Positions 18,251 to 26,838 of a DNA stretch of 53,444 nt are shown here, in pieces. This DNA is from Gammaproteobacteria bacterium (GTDB taxonomy: Bacteria > Pseudomonadota > Gammaproteobacteria > SZUA-140), in assembly GCA_016124415.1 (NCBI GenBank), contig WGNS01000052.1, positions 1-53,444 on the forward strand. Direction: 5' to 3'. A program made the translations under genes and the position numbers. Position 1 is the first letter of the stretch; each line of letters opens with the position of its first letter. A model generated the notes under the pieces. That model saw only the letters and a program-made list of their open reading frames with translations, had not been told where the DNA came from and made no database searches.

Positions 18251-19330
18251 TTATTGCGCCCGCGCGGTCGTTGCCGCCGGGTCCGCCGCGCATCGGAAGC
18301 CGAAGAAATCCGAAGCAAAAAACGGCCAGGAAAAATTCCGATGGTAGGTCGACGTTGAAAACGGATCGCTCTTCCAGGATCCACCGCGCAGGACCTTGTA
18401 GTGCGATTCCGTTGCGACCATATCGACGACCTTGAGCGCCCTGTCCTCGGCGGATTCAGCGCGAGGCACCTTGGCCTTGAAGATTTCAGCCTCGGCATCG
18501 CTCCCCGGGTAAGCCTCGAAATCGTCGGCTACCCATTCGCTTACGTTGCCGGCCAGATCCATAACGCCGTACGGACTCGCACCGTTCTTGAAACGCGTAA
18601 CGATCGACGCTGCGCCGATATTGTAATACGTGTTCAGGCGATGGGTATCCATCTGATTGCCCCATGGCCAGCGACGGCCGTCCGTACCCCTGGCGGCCTT
18701 TTCCCATTCCGCTTCCGAGGGAAGACGCTTACCGGCCCACTTCGCATAGGCGATGGCGTCGTACCAGGAGACCATCGTCACGGGAAGCAATTTCATCCCC
18801 TCGGGGATACGGCCCTTTTCCCAATGCAGCGGAGGACGATGACCGGTTTTGGCAACGAATATGGCGTACTGCGCGTTCGTAACCGGATACTTGTCGATAC
18901 GATAGGCGGCAATGTCCACCTTGTGTCGCGGACGGTCGTAATCATCCGCGCGACCATAATCCGTACCCATCAGGAATATACCGGCCGGAATATCGATCAT
19001 CGTGTTGATTTCCTGCCACTGGTCAGGTGTAAGAAGCGCCTCAGCCTCTCCCACCGTGTACCCGAGCGTCACCGGACCATGCTCGTTCTCGGCGTGCAGA
19101 GTGAGGTCCTCGCCGGCCGCGCGGATATGCTTCCCCATGTCGTCCGGATTGTATGTGGCCTTGTCCCGCATGTCCTGCATGCGATTGGCGCCGAGCCTGA
19201 CGACATGCAATGCGCCGCCGATCATCGCCAGTGCCGCGCACGTGACGAGAGTCGCCGTCAAATACCGCTTTCTCTTTTCCCGCGCCTCGAGACTGATCTC
19301 CGGCCGGCGGACGCGAAACCTTTCCGTCAT
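18251..19330 (-). CDS. Membrane-anchored formylglycine-generating-enzyme (SUMF1) domain protein
   Basis: FLMGTD, IDKYPVTNAQY, KRLPSEAEWEKAARG, DLAGNVSEW, RGGSW, GFRC. Confidence 0.9.
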   Translation of the reverse strand: MTERFRVRRPEISLEAREKRKRYLTATLVTCAALAMIGGALHVVRLGANRMQDMRDKATYNPDDMGKHIRAAGEDLTLHAENEHGPVTLGYTVGEAEALLTPDQWQEINTMIDIPAGIFLMGTDYGRADDYDRPRHKVDIAAYRIDKYPVTNAQYAIFVAKTGHRPPLHWEKGRIPEGMKLLPVTMVSWYDAIAYAKWAGKRLPSEAEWEKAARGTDGRRWPWGNQMDTHRLNTYYNIGAASIVTRFKNGASPYGVMDLAGNVSEWVADDFEAYPGSDAEAEIFKAKVPRAESAEDRALKVVDMVATESHYKVLRGGSWKSDPFSTSTYHRNFSWPFFASDFFGFRCAADPAATTARAQ

Positions 19331-19806
19331 TTCCGTTGTTCTGTTTCGGTGCCGCCCGTCGAGCCTTCCTTGTCACCTTGATACAGGATGCGTTCGGGGT
19401 GGCGCCCATAGGTCTTTTTGACCAAAATCTCGCCGGCCACACCACCGAATGCGGCAGCTTCGAACGCCAGTATCACGATCAACACCCAGAGGGGGAACGT
19501 CAGCAGCTCCGCGCCCTCGGGCACCTCGATTACACCCGTCGCCAAAGAAAAATAGGTGATCGCGCGCACGAAGATGGGCGGCAGATAACACAGCCACTTG
19601 CCGCCAAGCCCATAAAGGCCTGAAACGACGATGCCGGAAATAAAGGGAACGAGGAACATCGCCAGAATCCAGTTCGTATCGAACGTACTGATACCCAACC
19701 AAAGTTCGACGTACACGCCCAGCAATTGGTCGCCGATAAAACAGACGGCCATGCCCGCGATAATCGCGACGATGCCCGTTAGAATACGTCTCTGCTGCCT
19801 GTTCAA
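19327..19806 (-). CDS. 4-TM hypothetical membrane protein
   Basis: Start set at TTG 19806 (GGGAGAGG RBS, TTGA overlap with upstream stop); four hydrophobic segments. Confidence 0.7.
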   Translation of the reverse strand: MNRQQRRILTGIVAIIAGMAVCFIGDQLLGVYVELWLGISTFDTNWILAMFLVPFISGIVVSGLYGLGGKWLCYLPPIFVRAITYFSLATGVIEVPEGAELLTFPLWVLIVILAFEAAAFGGVAGEILVKKTYGRHPERILYQGDKEGSTGGTETEQRK

Positions 19807-20285
19807 CAGTCCTCTCCCTTCAACTTCTTGCATTCGCTCTGCTTGAGTTCGTCCAGATACCAATCCTTAACCCGTAAACTGGCCAGATAGTCGACAAGCA
19901 TGTTTCTTTCACCCGGCGGCATGTCCGCGTACGACGGCATTCTAAACTCCGCCTTCAGGCGTGACGAAAGAATCTTTTGAGGATCCTTGGCGGCAAGGTA
20001 TTCCGCCAGCCATTCACGCGACCGCAGGGACCCGATACCGTCAAGGGCGGGCGCCGGTACCGTGCGCAGCATATCCTTTACGGTCCATAGCGAGTGGCAG
20101 GACTTGCATTGATATTTGTGATACACCGCCATCGCGTCCCGATTCAACTGGGTCGATGCCGTCGTATAGAAGGGGATTTCCATATCGTCTTCTTTGACGT
20201 TTTCCTGGTGAACGGCATTTTTCGCCATCAGCGTCAAAACGACGGCCGCTATTCCAAGCAGAATAAATTTTTCTCCCTTACGCAT
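19803..20285 (-). CDS. Membrane-anchored monoheme cytochrome c, CcoO-like fold
   Basis: N-terminal TM; CKSCH; APALDGIGSLRSREWL; RMPSY distal Met. Confidence 0.88.
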   Translation of the reverse strand: MRKGEKFILLGIAAVVLTLMAKNAVHQENVKEDDMEIPFYTTASTQLNRDAMAVYHKYQCKSCHSLWTVKDMLRTVPAPALDGIGSLRSREWLAEYLAAKDPQKILSSRLKAEFRMPSYADMPPGERNMLVDYLASLRVKDWYLDELKQSECKKLKGEDC

Positions 20286-20574
20286 GATTGCGTTTGTTTG
20301 CGGCTTCCCGTCTCTGGGCCTCCTTCTCCTTTAGCACTTCAACACGACGTTCTTCCTGCCGCTTGTTGACAGCCTGGGCTTTCGCAAATTCCTCGGGATC
20401 CATTTTGTCTCTATCCTTTTCATCGAAAACGAGGTATTTGATATCTTCATCAAATTGCTCGTTTTTGTGCGCCCACCGTATACCGATCATGGCCGCAAGA
20501 ATGATCAGACCACCTGCCACCATCCAAACATAGATGGTCCATCCGTCGGGTAAACCCTGAAAAAATTCCTTCAT
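20278..20574 (-). CDS. ccoS: cbb3 oxidase maturation protein CcoS-like, with charged C-terminal extension
   Basis: TM then WAHKNEQFDED (CcoS-type WA...QFDD); start reset to ATG 20574 with GAGG RBS. Confidence 0.72.
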   Translation of the reverse strand: MKEFFQGLPDGWTIYVWMVAGGLIILAAMIGIRWAHKNEQFDEDIKYLVFDEKDRDKMDPEEFAKAQAVNKRQEERRVEVLKEKEAQRREAANKRNHA

Positions 20575-20615
20575 TTTGAAACCTCGTAAAGGTTGATGAT
20601 TCGACGAGGGGGCGC

Positions 20616-20930
20616 TTAAAAGAGGCGTCCCTGGAGCAGTTGCATGGCGCCGAAAACAGACGCGCCAACCGTGCCCAAAATGATCCAAATCAGGAGAATC
20701 ATTTCTCCCTTCTTCATGGTCTTGTTCTTTTTACCCAACCATATGAACTGGCCGATGATGCCTAAAAAAACGAGGACGCCGAAGACCATGAATATGAAGA
20801 TGCCGACACTGTACTCCTGGCTCTTCATTCCTTCGATTGTCATATAATCGACATCTTTTGCCGCGACAAGTTCGGTTGCGTTTTGCGTGGTGGAGCCCGC
20901 CGGTAAATTCGATATGAGTTGTTTATCCAT
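20616..20930 (-). CDS. 2-TM hypothetical membrane protein
   Basis: 104-aa ORF, two clear TM helices, first gene after an internal terminator. Confidence 0.75.
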   Translation of the reverse strand: MDKQLISNLPAGSTTQNATELVAAKDVDYMTIEGMKSQEYSVGIFIFMVFGVLVFLGIIGQFIWLGKKNKTMKKGEMILLIWIILGTVGASVFGAMQLLQGRLF

Positions 20931-20987
20931 TCACTACTTCCAGACTGATTGCCCTGTGAACCGTGAAGTCTTTCGCTTAACTTTGCA

Positions 20988-20996
20988 ATAGTAACA
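20988..20996 (-). promoter_or_regulatory. Possible extended -10 promoter for the accessory operon
   Basis: TGTTACTAT about 60 nt upstream of 20930. Confidence 0.35.
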
Positions 20997-21059
20997 GATT
21001 GGCGGGGTTTTAAGGCGTATCCGCGCACCCTTGTCGCTACAAAGTGTTTTGCCACCCCC

Positions 21060-21093
21060 AGAAACAACGATGCCGCTCAAAGAGCGGCATCGT
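21060..21093 (-). terminator. Intrinsic terminator closing the ccoN-ccoO-ccoP-like-sORF unit
   Basis: 12-bp stem acgatgccgctc / gagcggcatcgt followed by tgtttct on the minus strand. Confidence 0.7.
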
Positions 21094-21135
21094 GTCTTCT
21101 GATATCCGAATCAGATATCGTTTTTCAGCATCCGA

Positions 21136-21264
21136 TCAGGACATGATCGGCGGCTTCTTTCCCTTGTCGTGCTTATCGATGAAGAAGCTGTACAGGAAAG
21201 GACCCGTGAAAACGATGATGATCGGCAACAACAGGATCAACGGTGGATTATCGACTTCAATCAT
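21136..21264 (-). CDS. 42-aa single-TM small protein in the cco operon
   Basis: Not in ORF track. AGGGGG RBS; MIEVDNPPLILLLPIIIVFTGPFLYSFFIDKHDKGKKPPIMS. Confidence 0.75.
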   Translation of the reverse strand: MIEVDNPPLILLLPIIIVFTGPFLYSFFIDKHDKGKKPPIMS

Positions 21265-21283
21265 TTTAATTCCCCCTAATTAA

Positions 21284-21916
21284 TCAATGAGCCTTGTCGT
21301 GATCCGGCTGCCACTCATGGTTCGGCAGACGCTTCACGGCGATCATGACGGCAATGCAGAAATACGTGACGTAGAAAACGTCGATCGTATAGCCCTTATC
21401 CCACCAGGGCTGCAGACGCTCACGGCGGGACCCGTCAGGCAACATGTTGCCCTCAAAGTTAGCCATAACCATCTTGTCACCCACGACGCTGAACTCGGCT
21501 AGATTCTTACCGGCGTTCTTCAACTCAATGATCTGGCCCTTGATCATGCGCAGGTCATCCATCTCGAGCGGGTGACGCTCTTGAAGGGCGGCCCAGACAG
21601 AACCCTGGCTCTTCACCTTGTCGACGATAAACTTCATCTTGGCCTTGTCGTCTGACAGGGCCTGAACCTCGGGGGTGTCCATCAGGGCAACGTACTCTTC
21701 GTACATTGCCCCGTTCGGACGCTGTCCCCAAAGAGGGAAGGTGATCATGAATGCGGTCATGATGGTCAGACCGAGCAGCCAAACAACAGGCTGCGGCAGT
21801 CGGTTGTTGTCCTCCATGATTCCGCCGAGGCTTTCGCCTTCCCAGACCTCACGAGCAGATACGTTCTGCTCCTCGTCCGAGAGCGAGTACAGAGGATTAT
21901 TGAATACCCATACCAT
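21284..21916 (-). CDS. Heme-less CcoP-N-terminus-like membrane protein
   Basis: WEGESLGGIMEDNNRLPQPVVWLL resembles the CcoP DGIxEYDNPLPxWW motif; directly after ccoO; no CxxCH. Confidence 0.75.
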   Translation of the reverse strand: MVWVFNNPLYSLSDEEQNVSAREVWEGESLGGIMEDNNRLPQPVVWLLGLTIMTAFMITFPLWGQRPNGAMYEEYVALMDTPEVQALSDDKAKMKFIVDKVKSQGSVWAALQERHPLEMDDLRMIKGQIIELKNAGKNLAEFSVVGDKMVMANFEGNMLPDGSRRERLQPWWDKGYTIDVFYVTYFCIAVMIAVKRLPNHEWQPDHDKAH

Positions 21917-21933
21917 TCTTCGCCCCTCCCTAA

Positions 21934-22884
21934 TTATTTAAGACTTAAGATGAAATCGATCAGCATGCGAGCATCGCTGTCCTGTGCGGGCACAGGAACA
22001 TCGGGCGGATAAACCCGCTCGCCGGCCGTATAGGCGTTGTAATCGGCACGCCACTTGTCGTAATCGATCCGGTTGCCCGACGCATCCTTCTCACCCCACA
22101 GATAATCGAAGCGGGGCATGATGGAGTGCGGCTGAACCAGGCGCGGATTGAAGAAGTGCATCATCATCCACTCTCTGGAAGAGTTGCGCGAACCAATGTG
22201 CAGCAGATCCGGGGCCTTACGGTCGGAACCGAAAGCAGTCGGAGTCTCACTGTTGAAGTCACCCAGAGCGGGCGGCGCACCAAAGACCTGCCAGTCCTGC
22301 GTCTCCTCAGGCAGCAGGGTATGACACCACCAGCAGCCTTCGCGGACGAACATGATCTTACCGGAGCCGATCTTCTGAATGTCGGAGTCCTTAACGGAGC
22401 TCAGAACAACGTCGGGTGTCCAGTTACGAGTGGCCGTAGCGTTTTCGATGTACGGATACTTCTTACCCTCGTAGCGGCCTTCCTGAACCAGGAAGACAGC
22501 ACCTTCAGCCTCGCGGGCCTCATTGATATGACCTTTCTCAAGGCTCAGGTCCTTGACGCCGACGCCGAGAATCCGGGGGTGCGGAATGGAACTCGTAAAC
22601 CGCACACCGGGTTCATAGACATAAGCGTAGGTCGGATCCATTGCAGCCCCCGTCCGCGGATCCTTCTTCAGGAGCACGGTCTTCGGCTTGCTCCAGCCGC
22701 GAAGGAACGGATCTTCCAGACTGAAACCACCCACTCGTCCGAACGACAGACTCTTTCTGACGCCGTATTCGGTGGAACCCACTTTGACGATGTCCAGGCT
22801 CGGCATGTACAGGGTGATCATCATCGACCCACCCAATGCGAGACCGAACATACGCGCTCCGATCTTATACTCTCTAAAAGCCAC
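21934..22884 (-). CDS. ccoO: cbb3-type cytochrome c oxidase subunit II with N-terminal extension
   Basis: FVREGCWWCHT, GSDRKAPDL, PHSIMPRFDYLW; GGAGGAG RBS before GTG. Confidence 0.9.
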   Translation of the reverse strand: MAFREYKIGARMFGLALGGSMMITLYMPSLDIVKVGSTEYGVRKSLSFGRVGGFSLEDPFLRGWSKPKTVLLKKDPRTGAAMDPTYAYVYEPGVRFTSSIPHPRILGVGVKDLSLEKGHINEAREAEGAVFLVQEGRYEGKKYPYIENATATRNWTPDVVLSSVKDSDIQKIGSGKIMFVREGCWWCHTLLPEETQDWQVFGAPPALGDFNSETPTAFGSDRKAPDLLHIGSRNSSREWMMMHFFNPRLVQPHSIMPRFDYLWGEKDASGNRIDYDKWRADYNAYTAGERVYPPDVPVPAQDSDARMLIDFILSLK

Positions 22885-22927
22885 GTTTGACTCCTCCCTT
22901 ACTGATTATTGTTGTAAGCGCCCCAGA

Positions 22928-24334
22928 TCAACGCTCGTATGCCAGTTCGTGCGGCAGACGGCCCTCAGGAATCAAGGTGCCTTCGCGTGCGGTCATCCAC
23001 ATGTTGTAGAGCCAGACGCAGTTTCCGGTGAACACCATCGTACCGCCAACCCAACGAGCGATCATGTACGGATGCTCGGCGATAACGGTGTCGATGTAAG
23101 GCACCTCGTAGATCTTGGCGGCACCCTGGATCAGACCGGCGATGGTCATGGAGATCCAGTAAGTACAGAAGCCAATCAGCAGGAACCAGAAGTGGAAGTT
23201 AGCCAGAGCCAGCGAGTACAGTTTGCGACGCATAATCGTCTGCAGACCGTAGTAGACGGCGGAGGCCTCAAGGAAGGTAGAGAACCCAAGCAGGGCCAGG
23301 TGAGCGTGAGCCACAATCCAGCCGGTGCCATGGATGTACCAGTTGATGGCGCGAGTCTGCTGGAAGCCGCCCTGCATGTTCAGGGGGATAGCCAGAAGCA
23401 CACCGGTCATCGTGAACTTGGTCTCAACGTTGTCGACGAAGTAATGCCACTTGCCGGTCATCGTCAGGATCAGGTTCGAAACGAAGGCGATCGCGGGCAC
23501 CAGAATCAGCACGCCTTCCACCGAAGCGAAGGACTTCAGCCATTCGGGCAGCGGAGAAGACATCAGGTGATGGGCCGCCGGCGTGGAGTAGAACACGACA
23601 ACCGACCAGAAGTGCAAGTGACCGATACGATGCGAGTACAGCGGGTTACCGGTGATCTTCGGAACCGTGTAGTACGCGATAGCAGCGGCAACCGGCGTAA
23701 TCCAGAGACCCAGCACGTTATGAGCGAACCACCAGGTCAGGTAGGCTTCGGTCAAACCGGTCAGCTGGAAGTACTCAGGCAGGTTACCGACGAACAGCAC
23801 GATCCAGACCATGAACACGGCGCCAGCAAAGAACCAGTTGGTCGTGTAGATACCCTGGGTACGACGCTTGATGACGGTCATCCAGACGTTCAGGCCAAGC
23901 GGAATACCGATGAAGGCAAGCACGTAGATGTCGATGAACCAAGGAAAGTCGGAGTACTCGCGGCCGGAGCTGATACCGGCCCACAGCAAGCACAGCGCCA
24001 ACGACAGGCCCACGTTCCAGAGGAAGCAGTTCCAGACACCGAGCTTTTCGGACCACAGCTTGGTGTTACCCAGGGCCGGCGTGATGTACATCATCGCCAT
24101 CGCGAAGGCCATGGAAATCCAACCGAAAATAACGGCCATGACGTGCACCTGACGCATATGACCGAAAGAGAAGAACTCCGAACCCGTGACAAAGTCGGGG
24201 AATGCCAGCTTGGCGGCATTAAAGGAACCCAGACCCGTTCCGATCACGAACCAGATGATAGAGGAGATGCCAAAGTATACCGCAGCGGTACCTCTTGGAA
24301 TGTCATCCCCTTTTGCAAATAAATACTTAAACAT
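22928..24334 (-). CDS. ccoN: cbb3-type (C-family) heme-copper oxygen reductase subunit I
   Basis: RQVHVMAVIFGW, WWFAHNVLGLW, FYSTPAAHHL, VAHAHLALLGF: all six His ligands plus the helix-VII Tyr. Confidence 0.95.
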   Translation of the reverse strand: MFKYLFAKGDDIPRGTAAVYFGISSIIWFVIGTGLGSFNAAKLAFPDFVTGSEFFSFGHMRQVHVMAVIFGWISMAFAMAMMYITPALGNTKLWSEKLGVWNCFLWNVGLSLALCLLWAGISSGREYSDFPWFIDIYVLAFIGIPLGLNVWMTVIKRRTQGIYTTNWFFAGAVFMVWIVLFVGNLPEYFQLTGLTEAYLTWWFAHNVLGLWITPVAAAIAYYTVPKITGNPLYSHRIGHLHFWSVVVFYSTPAAHHLMSSPLPEWLKSFASVEGVLILVPAIAFVSNLILTMTGKWHYFVDNVETKFTMTGVLLAIPLNMQGGFQQTRAINWYIHGTGWIVAHAHLALLGFSTFLEASAVYYGLQTIMRRKLYSLALANFHFWFLLIGFCTYWISMTIAGLIQGAAKIYEVPYIDTVIAEHPYMIARWVGGTMVFTGNCVWLYNMWMTAREGTLIPEGRLPHELAYER

Positions 24335-24540
24335 GAAATATCCCCCTAGAACCTTTTGAATTCGATTCCTTACTTTCCGGCAGCAGCGGTCAATGCTTGC
24401 CCGGCATCATCAGATACCACGCGAACCACATACTCGAAAACGCAAGGATAATACCGCACAAAGTCGCAAACATTGCCATTTTTAGATCCCCTCTATACCC
24501 GAAATTTATAGCCCGACCGACTTCGCGGCCGTAAATGGAA

Positions 24541-24819
24541 TCAGTGTCCTGCAGCGGCTTCGAGTTCGCCGTGACGACGCGCGGCGATCATGACGATGAA
24601 CATGAACGCAAAACCGAAGACGAGCATACACCAATCGACAAAGCCCTGAAAAGTTGACGGATCAAAGTTCTGACCATGCCAGCCGCCCCAATCCTCAAAT
24701 CGTCCTCTGCCCAGCGCACACATCAACGCAGCACCGAACACACTGCCATTACCCATACCGGTCGTGACGCCGGCAATCAGCGCTGTCCAGAATGTTTTCG
24801 AATAGGTCAGCTTATTCAT
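24541..24819 (-). CDS. 2-TM hypothetical membrane protein upstream of ccoN
   Basis: GGAGG RBS before ATG 24819; two hydrophobic segments. Confidence 0.75.
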   Translation of the reverse strand: MNKLTYSKTFWTALIAGVTTGMGNGSVFGAALMCALGRGRFEDWGGWHGQNFDPSTFQGFVDWCMLVFGFAFMFIVMIAARRHGELEAAAGH

Positions 24820-25138
24820 TGCACCCTCCAATTTGAATTTTCATGATCTCCCCCGCAGCCGACAACATTAGTTTTCATGTCTTTCTTGCCGACATTCATC
24901 CCCTGACGGTACGAGTCTAACCCTGCTTATAATGGGGTTTGTACATGTTTACATAGAGACTCAATAGCGTCAAGCCGAAATCCGTATTCCCGGCACACTT
25001 TTTTGGCAACCTCGCGGAGCCAGTCTCCACGCCGGATTCCGGCGGTTTCCGCACTGAAACAATTCATCTTTTTTTGGTCAATCGGCGCGCAATAGGCTAC
25101 GCTAAATAACGACGGTTGCAACCCAAAGGAATCCCTAA

Positions 25139-25345
25139 ATGCCGCTCAAGGAAATCATCCTCTACAGCATAGTCGCCTTCTCGGCGTTGTTCATCCTCGG
25201 CTACACGGTCCATATGTTTGTGGGCGGCCTGGTCAGCCCTGCCACGGAAACGCTGTTGACGGTCATCGTATGCGCCGTCGGTGCGGCCGTCATCGGCTTT
25301 ATGGCCTGGGACGTCGCAAAGCGCAGGCGCGGAGCCCGTTACTGA
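25139..25345 (+). CDS. 68-aa 2-TM small protein
   Basis: AAGGA RBS; two TM helices; basic C-terminus. Confidence 0.75.
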   Translation: MPLKEIILYSIVAFSALFILGYTVHMFVGGLVSPATETLLTVIVCAVGAAVIGFMAWDVAKRRRGARY

Positions 25346-25352
25346 TTCCGGC

Positions 25353-25808
25353 CTACTTGTAGATCCTTAAACGCGACAGCAAGTCCTGATACGCCCCGTC
25401 GTCGGAAAACTGACCGCGATGGAACACGAACTGGCGTTTTTGGCCGTCACCCTCCAACCCGCTTAAACCAAAAGACTTTCCTGCGTAGTCCGAAAAGAAG
25501 CGGACGTCCTTGATCAGGGAACAGGTGTCGCCGTTGCGCATTTTGAGTGCAACGCTGTCTCTGCCTAGAGAGAGGCCGACCGGCGCCTTCGGCAATAGCA
25601 TCAAACGGGTCACGAGAATGCGGTTGGCGCCCGTGATGAAAAAGAACGACGCCATAAAGAAGAGGAGATAGGCCCAGGTATGGTCGGCGCTGTACCAAAG
25701 ATAGGCGCCGTACATGGCCAGCGCGATTACCGTCGGCACATACAGCAGCAGATCCCAGACCAGGCCCCGACGGTCCTGGATCAAATCGAAGTTTCTGGAT
25801 TCCGCCAT
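25353..25808 (-). CDS. Hypothetical membrane protein (2 TM plus soluble domain)
   Basis: Co-oriented, 2 nt from the upstream stop. Confidence 0.75.
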   Translation of the reverse strand: MAESRNFDLIQDRRGLVWDLLLYVPTVIALAMYGAYLWYSADHTWAYLLFFMASFFFITGANRILVTRLMLLPKAPVGLSLGRDSVALKMRNGDTCSLIKDVRFFSDYAGKSFGLSGLEGDGQKRQFVFHRGQFSDDGAYQDLLSRLRIYK

Positions 25809-25810
25809 GA

Positions 25811-26323
25811 TCAGGAATTCCCGGATTCCGGTGCCGTCACGCGCTTCAACTGCGCATCCAACTCGCCGTACAGCATGCGACCGGGCTGCTTGAATTCAAC
25901 GACGCGATTCGCGTCGATGACATAAGTCCAAGGATCCCCGATGACACCAAAGGCGATGAACGCCTCTGGATTCTGATATTGATCCATGTGCAGGAACAAA
26001 ACCTTATCCTCATACTTGGCAAGCAGTCCCTTGATCATCTGCAACTGCTTATCGCACACCGTGCAGTGACCCGGGGTCGCAAATTCGAGCACGATGGGCT
26101 TCTTCATCGCCAGCGCCTCATCGAGTGAGTAGCGGTACATCCTCTTGTCGGGGTACCGGTACGTCGTGATCCGGCTGAAATCCCCGTCCACGTCAGCCAA
26201 GGTCTTTGTCTTGATGACGGGCGACTGCTCACCAACACTCACCGAGCCGTCACTCATACAAGCGGCCAAAGACATCGTCGTTACGATCAAAACAAAGACA
26301 AGGCGGACAGCAATCATAATCAT
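25811..26323 (-). CDS. Thioredoxin-fold lipoprotein
   Basis: Lipobox LAAC; VLEFATPGHCTVC (CxxC); GDPWTYVID. Confidence 0.8.
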   Translation of the reverse strand: MIMIAVRLVFVLIVTTMSLAACMSDGSVSVGEQSPVIKTKTLADVDGDFSRITTYRYPDKRMYRYSLDEALAMKKPIVLEFATPGHCTVCDKQLQMIKGLLAKYEDKVLFLHMDQYQNPEAFIAFGVIGDPWTYVIDANRVVEFKQPGRMLYGELDAQLKRVTAPESGNS

Positions 26324-26838
26324 TCCTCCTTATGCCAGAGCATACAGGTACGGAAGATATTATAACCCCAGATACAATTGGCCAGCAGGACCAGCGAACC
26401 AAAGATGCCGACCGACGCCATATACGGATGGATCAGCTTTTCGACCTGTTCGGGCGGCATGTTCATACTTGCGATTCCGCTCATGACGCCCGACAGCGTA
26501 AACAGGATGACCATGCCTACCAAGCCGATATTGTGGGTCCAAAAATGCACCTTCACCAGCCGCATACTATATATAGGGAGCTTAACCAAGCGTGGAATCA
26601 GATAGTAGACGGCGCCGAAAATGGCCATTTCCACCCAGCCCAGCAGATTGACGTGTGTATGGGCGCGAACGATCAGATTGCCGTGGAGACGCTGATCGAC
26701 GAAGTGACGCAGTTCCGCAACGCCGCCCATGACGGCACCCCACGAGAAACCGATAATGGCGTAAACAATACAGGCATAGATGAACAGGAGGGTATAACGC
26801 GTATACTCCCGATCAGTTTCCCAGGGCTTATTGTCCAC
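26320..26838 (-). CDS. Second stand-alone 4-TM homologue of oxidase subunit I
   Basis: RAHTHVNLLGW; VYYLIPRLVKLPIYSMRLVKVHFW; start reset to GTG 26838 (GGAG RBS). Confidence 0.8.
   Translation of the reverse strand: MDNKPWETDREYTRYTLLFIYACIVYAIIGFSWGAVMGGVAELRHFVDQRLHGNLIVRAHTHVNLLGWVEMAIFGAVYYLIPRLVKLPIYSMRLVKVHFWTHNIGLVGMVILFTLSGVMSGIASMNMPPEQVEKLIHPYMASVGIFGSLVLLANCIWGYNIFRTCMLWHKEE

Noticed and set aside
21044-21283. 79-aa + strand ORF
   Set aside because: Overlaps the better supported minus-strand 42-aa ORF and its terminator.
22688-24322. 544-aa + strand ORF
   Set aside because: Antisense to ccoN/ccoO, no recognisable motifs.
24335-24540. FNR/Anr box upstream of ccoN
   Set aside because: No TTGAT-N4-ATCAA match seen.
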